Source of the DNA: Spirochaetaceae bacterium
GTDB lineage: Bacteria; Spirochaetota; Spirochaetia; SZUA-6; Fen-1364
Direction: 5' to 3'
Length of the DNA: 38,074 bases
Assembly (NCBI GenBank): GCA_003170115.1
Contig: PMZS01000194.1
Coordinates: 1-38,074 of the forward strand
A model generated the notes under the pieces. That model was not told the origin of the DNA and did not search any database. It saw only the letters and a list, made by a program, of their open reading frames with translations. The position numbers were made by a program, and so were the translations under genes. Positions 1 through 6,948 of the stretch are shown piece after piece (the first letter of the stretch is position 1; each line of letters begins with the position of its first letter).

Positions 1-172
1 TGACGGTCCTGACGTACATGCCACATAGTAGCACGACTCATTGCGCAGTTGTCAAGGTAATTTAAGCTATTTCAGAGTAATCGACAGACTATTGTGTCAC
101 TACGTTTTCAGCCTCCGAAGAAGACCAATTATCCAAAAACCCAATAAAAACGGGCCTTTCTCAGTAGGCCGA

Positions 173-376
173 TCACGAAATCACTGCGAGAAACCCCGAA
201 CATGGGCTAGGCTTTACATCCGCCCAGTTCTCGGCCGCCGCTCGCGAGGTCTGTCCGGTGCTCAAGGCAGAGATGTACTGGCCGTCTTCTCCTCGGAATC
301 GGCAGTAAAAGACGAAGGACCCTTTCTTTTTTGTGAGTCTCCGATAGACTGAGAAGGGCCGTTGCGAACGCTCCAT
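173..376 (-). pseudogene. Truncated tyrosine-integrase remnant (N-terminal arm-type DNA-binding segment only, 67 aa)
   Basis: ATG at 376 preceded by SD GGGAGG (rc of 383-388). The product FSVYRRLTKKKGSFVFYCRFRGEDGQYISALSTGQTSRAAAENWA resembles integrase N-termini. No catalytic domain follows: stop at 173, then AT-rich DNA. Lies about 90 nt beyond the 3' end of tRNA-Val. Confidence 0.4.
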
Positions 377-489
377 CAAACACCTCCCGCCTGACCGCAA
401 GTGAATGCTACACTCACGGTTACAGGTGATGCTTTTTGGAAGGTCCGTTTTCGGTCCCTTCTCAATTCCTTGCTCTGTAAGGCCTTAGA

Positions 490-564
490 TGGGCGGCACT
501 GGACTCGAACCAGTGACCCCCAGCGTGTCGAGCTGGTGCTCTAACCAAACTGAGCTAGCCGCCC
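490..564 (-). tRNA. tRNA-Val (anticodon GAC), CCA not encoded
   Basis: The reverse complement folds by hand into a 75-nt cloverleaf. Acceptor GGGCGGC/GCCGCCC; D arm GCTC-AGTTTGGTTA-GAGC; anticodon arm CCAGC-TCGACAC-GCTGG; 5-nt variable loop GGGTC; T arm ACTGG-TTCGAGT-CCAGT; discriminator A. Confidence 0.85.
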
Positions 565-575
565 TGATTGCAGAG

Positions 576-605
576 ACAATAGACAGGGCGCGGCGCAAGT
601 GTCAA
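576..605 (-). promoter_or_regulatory. Putative sigma70-type promoter of tRNA-Val
   Basis: On the minus strand: TTGACA (rc of 600-605), 18 nt, TATTGT (rc of 576-581), ending 11 nt upstream of the tRNA 5' end. Confidence 0.4.
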
Positions 606-648
606 GACAGAAGGCTCGCGCGCTTCCGCGATTCCGGGAGCGACCCTC

Positions 649-2340
649 TCAGTGCCTGGGTCGTATCCTGCCGCCTGCCCGTGCGGCGGTGACATGGCCT
701 TTCTCCAGCTCCGTTGCGGGGAGAAGCACGGCAAGATCCACGAGGCGCGCCGAGCTGCCATCAGCTCTTCGAACGGAGCCCGAGATTCCCCCGATCGCCT
801 CCGCCTCACCGCCGCCAGGCGTCTGCAGGGCAACTTCCTTTCCGCCGACGACGTCGAAAAGCAGGACGACCGCTCCCCGGGGCGTCTTCACGACCACGCC
901 TTCGCGGGGATCGCGTGTATCATTCATGCGCATCGTCGGAAGACTGGCGCCTTCGAGAACGTAGGCCGGCGTTGAGAGTCCCGCCTCAATGCATTCGACC
1001 ACGGAAGAGGCGAGGATCGCATACCATGTATCTCCCGCGCGCGCAAGGACGAACTCAGAGGAGCGGCTCATCAAGGCCGCGGCAGAACGGATCGTCAAAA
1101 GGATGGATGCACTTTCGCCTTTCTGGCTCTCCACCTCGAGAATGCCCGCTTCACGGGCCAGGCGACGCTGAACCGCCGCAAGCGCGAGTTGTAACTTCTC
1201 CCCGTCGAGAGCGCTGCCTTCGAGGAAGAATCGAAGGAAGAGATTCTCCCCCGAGGCCCGCGCAGATATCGAAAGCCTGGCCGCGCGCGCTGCTGCTCCT
1301 CGCCTTGAGCGCCTTCCGCGATTCTTTGACAGGCCGATCATGGCGCGCACGCAACTTTTAGTTAGGATGATCACGGTTTCGGCACGGGCGGCGTCCACCT
1401 CAAGGTTCGTCGGCTCCTGGAAGAGTTCCACGGCCCGGCCCGCATTCCGTGCCGTATTGCGCACAAGGCGCGGCACATCTTCAAGAAGTGCGTCCAGGCG
1501 AACGCTTCGAAGGGATCCGAAAGCAGTTTCTGCCTTCTCCGCCGCGCGCGTCCCCAGGAGGGCGGCCTCCCTCACTACCGCGGCGCTCCGCGACAGGGAC
1601 TGCTCCAGCTCCGAGGCGTTCACACTGAGACCGCTCACCATCTCTGCAAGCTCCGCGGCAACAGACGCCGTTGACTCCCCGCGCGCGGCGCGTCCAAGCC
1701 CTGCGGGAAAAGCTTCGCGCAATCCTTGAACAGCGAGCTCGTGGGCTGCCAGGGCGGCCAGCGTACGTTCAGTAATGCCTGCCGAATCCTCGGCCGCACG
1801 GGCAAAGGCCGCGGAGGCGGCCCTCGAGTGACTCGCCGCTTCACCCGCCGCGATCAGCCGTGCAGCCTCGACCCGCGCCCAAAGCATGGGAGCGCCCGAG
1901 AGCACGGGCGGGAGGGTCCACGCTCCGGGGTGTGCGAGTACCTCTTCCAGGGACGCCGCCGCGGAGGACGCCGAGGACGGCTCGGCGCCGCCGGCGGAGA
2001 CGGAGTCCAAAGCATCGCGGGCAATCCGCGCAACCGACGCGAGCATGGATCCCAACTCCGCGGTGACGGCCAGGGAGCCCGATCGGGTTGCCCGCACAAT
2101 GTCCTGAACACGGCGAGCGAGACGGTCCACGTTCGGCATGCGGCGGGAGTCGATGGCCGATTTCAGCGAATGTGCCGCACGGTAGGCCTCGTCGAGGAGC
2201 CCCGGGGCTTCCGCGGGGTCACGGGAGGATCCGAGAGACTTCTCGAGCAGCGCGAGCTGGTGCCTCGCGTTTTCCGCGGCGTCTTCGCCCAGACTCTCGA
2301 TGGAGAAACCGCCGTCCGGCAGTTCGTCGTTCATGACCAT
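649..2340 (-). CDS. CheA-like protein: HPt (P1), degenerate HATPase-like core (P4) and CheW-like (P5); predicted pseudokinase
   Basis: ORF 649..2508. I prefer the in-frame ATGs at 2340/2334, which sit just downstream of a TTGACT-16-TACAAT promoter. HPt motif AAHSLKS. The block PRLVRNTARNAGRAVEL..LEVD..LSISARASGENL..ILEVESQKGESASILLTI is colinear with CheA P4, but the N box, G1 and G2 are lost. C-terminal CheW-like block: FVLARAGDTWYAI...GAVVLLFDVVGG. Confidence 0.75.
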   Translation of the reverse strand: MVMNDELPDGGFSIESLGEDAAENARHQLALLEKSLGSSRDPAEAPGLLDEAYRAAHSLKSAIDSRRMPNVDRLARRVQDIVRATRSGSLAVTAELGSMLASVARIARDALDSVSAGGAEPSSASSAAASLEEVLAHPGAWTLPPVLSGAPMLWARVEAARLIAAGEAASHSRAASAAFARAAEDSAGITERTLAALAAHELAVQGLREAFPAGLGRAARGESTASVAAELAEMVSGLSVNASELEQSLSRSAAVVREAALLGTRAAEKAETAFGSLRSVRLDALLEDVPRLVRNTARNAGRAVELFQEPTNLEVDAARAETVIILTKSCVRAMIGLSKNRGRRSRRGAAARAARLSISARASGENLFLRFFLEGSALDGEKLQLALAAVQRRLAREAGILEVESQKGESASILLTIRSAAALMSRSSEFVLARAGDTWYAILASSVVECIEAGLSTPAYVLEGASLPTMRMNDTRDPREGVVVKTPRGAVVLLFDVVGGKEVALQTPGGGEAEAIGGISGSVRRADGSSARLVDLAVLLPATELEKGHVTAARAGGRIRPRH

Positions 2341-2342
2341 CA

Positions 2343-2370
2343 ATTGTACGCCCGTCATTGACAAAGTCAA
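2343..2370 (-). promoter_or_regulatory. Putative promoter of the CheA-like gene (leaderless spacing)
   Basis: Minus strand TTGACT (rc 2365-2370), 16 nt, TACAAT (rc 2343-2348). ATG codons follow 2 and 8 nt later, with no SD. Confidence 0.35.
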
Positions 2371-2424
2371 GCAACCGTGCGCGCAACACACCGCACGGCG
2401 TAGCGTGCGCGCATCCTCCTGTAA

Positions 2425-2453
2425 TTGACTGCGCAGGGGGGCCTGTGTAGTAT
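2425..2453 (+). promoter_or_regulatory. Putative promoter of the REC-PilZ gene
   Basis: TTGACT (2425-2430), 17 nt, TAGTAT (2448-2453), then a 23-nt leader with SD AGGAG (2466-2470) before GTG 2477. Confidence 0.4.
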
Positions 2454-2476
2454 GGGCTTTACAACAGGAGGTGCCC

Positions 2477-3190
2477 GTGGTTTTTCTTGTGGTCGAGAGC
2501 TCGCTCACCGTACGCGAGTCCCTCTGCTACGTCCTGCTGGCGTTCGGGATCCGCGGCATTCCGGTTGCCAACAGGAAAGCGGCCGTCGAAGCCCTCGGCA
2601 AGGGCGTTGCGATCGACGGGGCCATCGTCGACGTCGACAACAAGGATGTCGACGGCATCAAATTCATCACGGACCTGAAGGAAGCGGAGACCACGCGCGG
2701 AATGTCGGTGATCGTGCACACCATCCAGACCAGCAAGGATTCGGTCATGCGCATGGTCGATCTGGGCGTCGCGGGATACCTCCTGAAGCCCTTCCGCCCC
2801 GACACGGCCAAAGTGAAGCTTGCCGGAATATTCTCAAAGCTTGCCACCCACAACAGCCAACGGCGGCACATCCGAATCAGGCCGAGTCCCGATGAGCTTG
2901 CGCGGGTGAGCTTCCGCCTGGGCCGCTCGACGCAGCTCACGTCCGGGAGAATCGTGGACATCTCCCTCGGTGGAATGGCCGCGGAGCTTTTCAACCTGCC
3001 CGACAACGAGGCGATCGCCGAGGGCACTTCCCTCTCCCGGATGGAGATCGCGCTCGCAGGGAAAGTGTTCTCGCCTTCCGCGAGCGTCGTGGTCTACAAG
3101 TCCAAGGTGCTCGCTGTACGTTTCGACATCCTCAATCCGACCGATAAAAAGACGCTGGAGCGCTATATTTTCAAAAGCATATCGTCATGA
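2477..3190 (+). CDS. Response regulator with receiver (REC) domain fused to a C-terminal PilZ (c-di-GMP binding) domain
   Basis: GTG 2477 lies 6 nt after AGGAG. REC hallmarks: phospho-acceptor context AIVDVDNKDVDG, T in IVHTIQ, K in YLLKPF. PilZ motifs: RRHIR (RxxxR) and DISLGG (DxSxxG). Confidence 0.85.
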   Translation: MVFLVVESSLTVRESLCYVLLAFGIRGIPVANRKAAVEALGKGVAIDGAIVDVDNKDVDGIKFITDLKEAETTRGMSVIVHTIQTSKDSVMRMVDLGVAGYLLKPFRPDTAKVKLAGIFSKLATHNSQRRHIRIRPSPDELARVSFRLGRSTQLTSGRIVDISLGGMAAELFNLPDNEAIAEGTSLSRMEIALAGKVFSPSASVVVYKSKVLAVRFDILNPTDKKTLERYIFKSISS

Positions 3191-3215
3191 TATGCTTCGC
3201 CACTTGGAGGTGCAC

Positions 3216-4376
3216 ATGGGAATGTTGAAAAGTACCCGGGCACTGGCACTATCCGCACTCCTCGGGCTTTTCCTTTTCCTTGCCGGCCTCGCCTTCCCCG
3301 CCAACATCATTGTGCCGAAAATGGACCTCATTACCCGCGGAGGGATGGACGGCGGCGCCTTCACCCTGCAGACCTTCGGCGATATCACTCTCGAGGTGCA
3401 GGGGGGATACAAGTTCGGTGGATCGCTGGCGTTTAACGTCCAGAACCTGAACCTTGAAAACCTCACAGCTACCCCGCTTCCGCTGGGCTTTCTTTCCGCG
3501 AGCATCATCATTAGGGACCTCTTTTCAGCGCCCCTCTCCCTGACGTATTTCGTGGGACAGGACGACACTTTTTGCTCGGGAGATGGCTTCGCGCTCTTCG
3601 GCGCCCAGCCGATCATGACCGCCTACAGGGGATTCATGTATTTTCCCACCGGACCGGTCTATGACGGAATCTACCAGGTGCAGGGGACGGGCGCCAGGTT
3701 CGAGTTCGTGCCGAAAATCGAAGCCCTGAGCTTCGATTTCTATCTCTACGAAGACACCCGCTCCCAATTCCCCGGCATTTCGCCTCCTGCTCCTCCAATC
3801 ATCAGCTCGCCGGGGACGTATTCCACCGATGTAAGGTTCCTCCTGAACTACGCGGCGATCAAGGTCGAAGGCTTTGCCGGCTCGACCCTCACGCCGAAAT
3901 CGCAGGACTATTACTTTCGGGGTGGGATCCTCTTCTATGCCACGAATCGCAACGTCGAGTTTCTTGCCCAGATCGGAATTCCTAAGTGGGATCCCGGGGT
4001 GGACAGCACTCTCAACATCAATCTCTTCTACCTTCTGGTCGAGCCGCGGCTCCACCTGGGCTCGTTCTCGATTGTTCCCACGTTCTTCTGGCACCCGTCC
4101 TACTACATGCAGGCAGGACCCAATCCGGGCGAGGCTGGTTCCTTCGACGTGAACCTGAACATCGGGTATGGGGATCCGTCGAAGGACACTCTCCAGGGAG
4201 GGCTGGAGAACAATTTCAGGTTCCAGTCCGCCACCCAGGGGGAGTTCAAGCTCTCCCCGTGGCTCGGAGTCAGCACGCCGGGAGTCCTCTGGAAAGTGAA
4301 GGTCGATGCGAAGCTTTGGCCATTCAGCTACTCGGACCTCTTCGCGGTATTCGTGGGAGCCCAGGCGGAGTTCTGA
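3216..4376 (+). CDS. Secreted beta-rich hypothetical protein, possible outer-membrane beta-barrel
   Basis: ATG 3216 lies 5 nt after GGAGG (3206-3210). Signal peptide MGMLKSTRALALSALLGLFLFLAGLAF. Alternating hydrophobic/aromatic, Gly-rich composition. C-terminal ...FVGAQAEF ends in Phe like OMP beta-signals. The upstream part of ORF 2970.. overlaps the REC-PilZ gene and is discarded. Confidence 0.6.
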   Translation: MGMLKSTRALALSALLGLFLFLAGLAFPANIIVPKMDLITRGGMDGGAFTLQTFGDITLEVQGGYKFGGSLAFNVQNLNLENLTATPLPLGFLSASIIIRDLFSAPLSLTYFVGQDDTFCSGDGFALFGAQPIMTAYRGFMYFPTGPVYDGIYQVQGTGARFEFVPKIEALSFDFYLYEDTRSQFPGISPPAPPIISSPGTYSTDVRFLLNYAAIKVEGFAGSTLTPKSQDYYFRGGILFYATNRNVEFLAQIGIPKWDPGVDSTLNINLFYLLVEPRLHLGSFSIVPTFFWHPSYYMQAGPNPGEAGSFDVNLNIGYGDPSKDTLQGGLENNFRFQSATQGEFKLSPWLGVSTPGVLWKVKVDAKLWPFSYSDLFAVFVGAQAEF

Positions 4377-4382
4377 CGGACG

Positions 4383-5279
4383 ATGCGGACATCCAAAGCG
4401 CGGCTGACGTATGTCCTTTGCCTCCTTTTCGCCGTGCTGGGGGCCGGTGCAGTTGCCGGCCTCGACCTGGGCATAGAGACATGGGTGGGCAACCTCGGGT
4501 TTCGTACCGACCGCGCGTCGTCCGACACGAGGCTTCCCGGCGGAGACTATTTCTGGGGGCTGTCGGTGTTCGGAACGCAGCCTCTCACGGACACGGTCAG
4601 CATGGAGACTGGTTTCTATTCCGACCCCGTGCTCCGCAACCTGTCGCGAACGATTTTCACGTACACTACGAAGTTTCTCAGCGTGGGAATGGGGCCCATT
4701 TTCGGGCTTTTCAATGACATCCGCACGCCGGTGAAGTCCGGACTGTCCGCCTCGGTGAGGCTTGAATACCCTGGAGTCATTTTCGTAACCCTGCGTTCAG
4801 ACAGCTCGATCGGCGGATCGCTCGTGCAGACTGGCGACTACACGCAGGAGCTTACGGATGTCACGCTCGGCGTCTACTTTCCCAACGCGATCTGCACGCT
4901 GGCCTGGACCAGTCGATCTTTTCAGCAGAAAGCGTCATCGCAGAACGTCACCGATGGCCTCACTGAATACACTTTCGCGGCCGAAGTATTCAAAAAAAAC
5001 GTGCCCTACCGTCTGCGCGTGTGGCTGGCGTACCAGGACCTCGCGAGATCCTACGATGCCGGCTCCACGACAACCGCGACGCTTGGATCCGTCATTCTTG
5101 GGACCCAGGTGGAAGTGACGCTGGCAGGGCCGCTTGTGCTCAGGGCAGGGCTCGAAGGGAACATCTACTCCTTCGGGCTGGGATCGCTCGTCGGCGGCGA
5201 TTCCGCGTTCCTTTTCCGCTCGTACGCCGGATTGAAGATGAACCTGGATTTCAACCCCCTCGTGTCTCGATTCCTTTAA
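4383..5279 (+). CDS. Secreted beta-rich hypothetical protein, possible outer-membrane protein
   Basis: Starts 6 nt after the previous stop. Signal peptide MRTSKARLTYVLCLLFAVLGAGAVAG. Beta-strand-like alternating pattern throughout. I recognise no family. Confidence 0.55.
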   Translation: MRTSKARLTYVLCLLFAVLGAGAVAGLDLGIETWVGNLGFRTDRASSDTRLPGGDYFWGLSVFGTQPLTDTVSMETGFYSDPVLRNLSRTIFTYTTKFLSVGMGPIFGLFNDIRTPVKSGLSASVRLEYPGVIFVTLRSDSSIGGSLVQTGDYTQELTDVTLGVYFPNAICTLAWTSRSFQQKASSQNVTDGLTEYTFAAEVFKKNVPYRLRVWLAYQDLARSYDAGSTTTATLGSVILGTQVEVTLAGPLVLRAGLEGNIYSFGLGSLVGGDSAFLFRSYAGLKMNLDFNPLVSRFL

Positions 5280-5295
5280 GCGTGCCCACCGAAAG

Positions 5296-5323
5296 AACGG
5301 GCCCCCCTTTCGGGGAGCCCGTT
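5296..5323. terminator. Bidirectional intrinsic-terminator-like hairpin between convergent genes
   Basis: AACGGGCCCCC / GGGGaGCCCGTT forms an 11-bp GC-rich stem (one bulged A) with a 5-nt loop CTTTC. It sits between the stop of 4383..5279 (+) and the stop of flaA (-). The flanking T-tracts are only moderate. Confidence 0.55.
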
Positions 5324-5353
5324 GTATCGTCTCGTCTTGTGTCAGGAGCCTGT

Positions 5354-6376
5354 CTACTGCGCGGGCTTTGTCGCGTCCATCTTCTGCTGTTCGAGGAACC
5401 GGAGAACCTGGATATTGCCAAGTCTCTTGAGGTCGGCCATCCGGCGCGCCTCCTGACGCTGCTGCAGAATGCCCCAGATCGCTTCATCGTTGATGTCGCG
5501 CTGGGTCTCGATGATCGCCTTGTCGTAGGTAACCTTGATATCCTTCAGGTAGGTGACAAAGTCGCCGCCCTCCTGCGCCGCGTCACGGTAGATGACGATT
5601 CCGACCAGCTTCACGTATGGCTCACCCTTCGGGTAAAGGGGGAACTTCCGCAGCTCCCGGTTGCGGACGTCGGTCACGTAGTTCGGGTTGTTCCAGGTGA
5701 GCGTCCGCCAGCCATCGAACTGCAGGTAATCCATGAAGATCGTCTGGTCGTTCCCGTCCTGGTCGGAAACGATGACCCCAATGCCGTTGGGGAAGTTCGC
5801 GCCATACACCGTGAGTGAGAGGCTCTTCAGGACGCCGACGTTCTTCACGACGCCGTAGCCGTTGAACTTCTCTCCCTTCCCCTTGTCCGCGTCCACGGTG
5901 ACGAGTCTCGACCCCTGCAGGGCATCCTTGTCCGCATATGCGGGGATGTCGAAGGGGGGCTTGATCATCGCCCACGAGTTGTACGGTTCAACCGGAAAAT
6001 GGATGCGGACCCCGAGGACCTTTTTGTTCGCGATGTCCTCACCATTGAACTGCTTCGCGTTCGAGTTCGTCGACGCTTCCTTGGTCATGGTGACGCTCTG
6101 ATTGGTGATTGACCGCGCGGAAGAGGCAAGGGTCACCTGCCAGTTGCCGAGGGCCAGCGACGATTTCATCGCCGCTTTCTCTTCATCGCTGAAGGACGCG
6201 CCTGCGACCGGGCTGTAGTCGATAAGCGTCAACCCGTTTTCAGTCGGCGTCTTGTTCGTCCCCACGGTCTGATCGGAACCAAGCTTGGTGAAATCGATCA
6301 GCACGGATTCGTCGGCAAAGAGCGCTGTTCCGCCGAGAAGAAGCCCGACGATAACAATAATGAACAGCCTTTTCAT
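5354..6376 (-). CDS. flaA: Flagellar filament outer layer (sheath) protein FlaA
   Basis: ATG 6376 preceded by AAAGGAG. Signal peptide MKRLFIIVIVGLLLGGTALFA, then ADESVLIDF. MIKPPFDIPAY, GYGVVKNVGVLKS, WNNPNYVTDVRNRE and RDAAQEGGDFVTYLKDIKVTYDKA closely match Treponema FlaA as I remember it. Confidence 0.95.
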   Translation of the reverse strand: MKRLFIIVIVGLLLGGTALFADESVLIDFTKLGSDQTVGTNKTPTENGLTLIDYSPVAGASFSDEEKAAMKSSLALGNWQVTLASSARSITNQSVTMTKEASTNSNAKQFNGEDIANKKVLGVRIHFPVEPYNSWAMIKPPFDIPAYADKDALQGSRLVTVDADKGKGEKFNGYGVVKNVGVLKSLSLTVYGANFPNGIGVIVSDQDGNDQTIFMDYLQFDGWRTLTWNNPNYVTDVRNRELRKFPLYPKGEPYVKLVGIVIYRDAAQEGGDFVTYLKDIKVTYDKAIIETQRDINDEAIWGILQQRQEARRMADLKRLGNIQVLRFLEQQKMDATKPAQ

Positions 6377-6420
6377 GCAATGCTCCTTTCGCTGCTGGAA
6401 CCTTCCCGGATACAAGGACA

Positions 6421-6448
6421 ATTATAGCAACGGGGTGTCCTTTGTCAA
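6421..6448 (-). promoter_or_regulatory. Consensus sigma70 promoter of flaA
   Basis: Minus strand TTGACA (rc 6443-6448), 16 nt, TATAAT (rc 6421-6426). A 44-nt leader carries SD AAAGGAG. The -35 hexamer overlaps the stop codon (6445-6447) of the upstream GerMN gene. Confidence 0.65.
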
Positions 6449-6948
6449 ATCTTTTTCTTTTCCGTGAAGATCGGCGCCTGCCCGTCGATGAAGAAGACGA
6501 CTTCAGCGAAGCGCGGGAAGTTCAGCTTCAGTGAGCGTGTGAGCGCGGCGAGAGCCTGCGGCCCCTTCAGGGGAACCTCGGGGTCGTCGACGAGGATCTG
6601 CGGCGTGAGGTCGAGGTACAACGTTCTGCCGCTCACCATGACTGCGATCACCGTCGCTCCCCTCGGAAAAAGACGCAGCGCATCGTGGCGCGTAGGACCG
6701 AGGAGCACGTTGTCCGCGATTTCCTGCACGTTCGCTTCCAGGGTCTGGTGACGCGGAACGAATCGCATCTCCGCCACGATGCGCCCGGGCAGCTGCGAAG
6801 GGAAGAAGAGTATCCGAGAGACCTTCGAATCCCCGAAGAGAAAAAAGAGCACGAGGGACACCACGAGTGTTCCGATGAAGGCGGCTCCCACAGCCGCCGG
6901 CGTCCCCCGGAGACGCATGCGCAGAAGAAAATCCAATCTATCGAGCAC
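6445..6948 (-). CDS. GerMN domain-containing membrane-anchored protein
   Basis: GTG 6948 lies 5 nt after GGGAG. N-terminal TM segment AAVGAAFIGTLVVSLVLFFLF. GerMN-like pattern: VLLGPT...LFPRGATVIAVMVSGRTLYLDL...ALTRSLKLNFPRFAEVVFFIDG. Overlaps the amidase stop by 11 nt. Confidence 0.75.
   Translation of the reverse strand: MLDRLDFLLRMRLRGTPAAVGAAFIGTLVVSLVLFFLFGDSKVSRILFFPSQLPGRIVAEMRFVPRHQTLEANVQEIADNVLLGPTRHDALRLFPRGATVIAVMVSGRTLYLDLTPQILVDDPEVPLKGPQALAALTRSLKLNFPRFAEVVFFIDGQAPIFTEKKKI

Noticed and set aside
1-19. Start of a minus-strand gene running off the left edge (ATG at 19-17, MYVRTV...)
   Set aside because: Only six codons are inside the window, which is too little to call a feature. 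It is mentioned only as context for the island hypothesis.
153-170. Terminator after the integrase stub
   Set aside because: The stem is only 5 bp (GGCCT/AGGCC) although T-runs follow on the minus strand. This is too weak to list as a feature.
41-352. 103-aa plus-strand ORF at the left edge
   Set aside because: It overlaps the integrase stub on the opposite strand and spans the AT-rich/GC-rich boundary. No SD and no recognisable sequence.
599-2361. Numerous plus-strand and alternative-frame ORFs (for example 714..1361, 1340..1729, 1726..2361)
   Set aside because: Antisense or out-of-frame relative to the CheA-like gene. Arg/Ser/Pro-rich and without signals.
2970-3215. N-terminal extensions of ORF-track entries (2970..3215, 14239..14622, 15650..15826, 20565..20606, 20519..20593, 32983..33108, 6377..6421, 14487..14549, 2341..2508)
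   Set aside because: The extensions overlap upstream genes or intergenic promoters. Internal starts with SD or promoter context give N-termini matching the protein families (signal peptides, XseA/XseB/YchF/MazG/FlaA starts).
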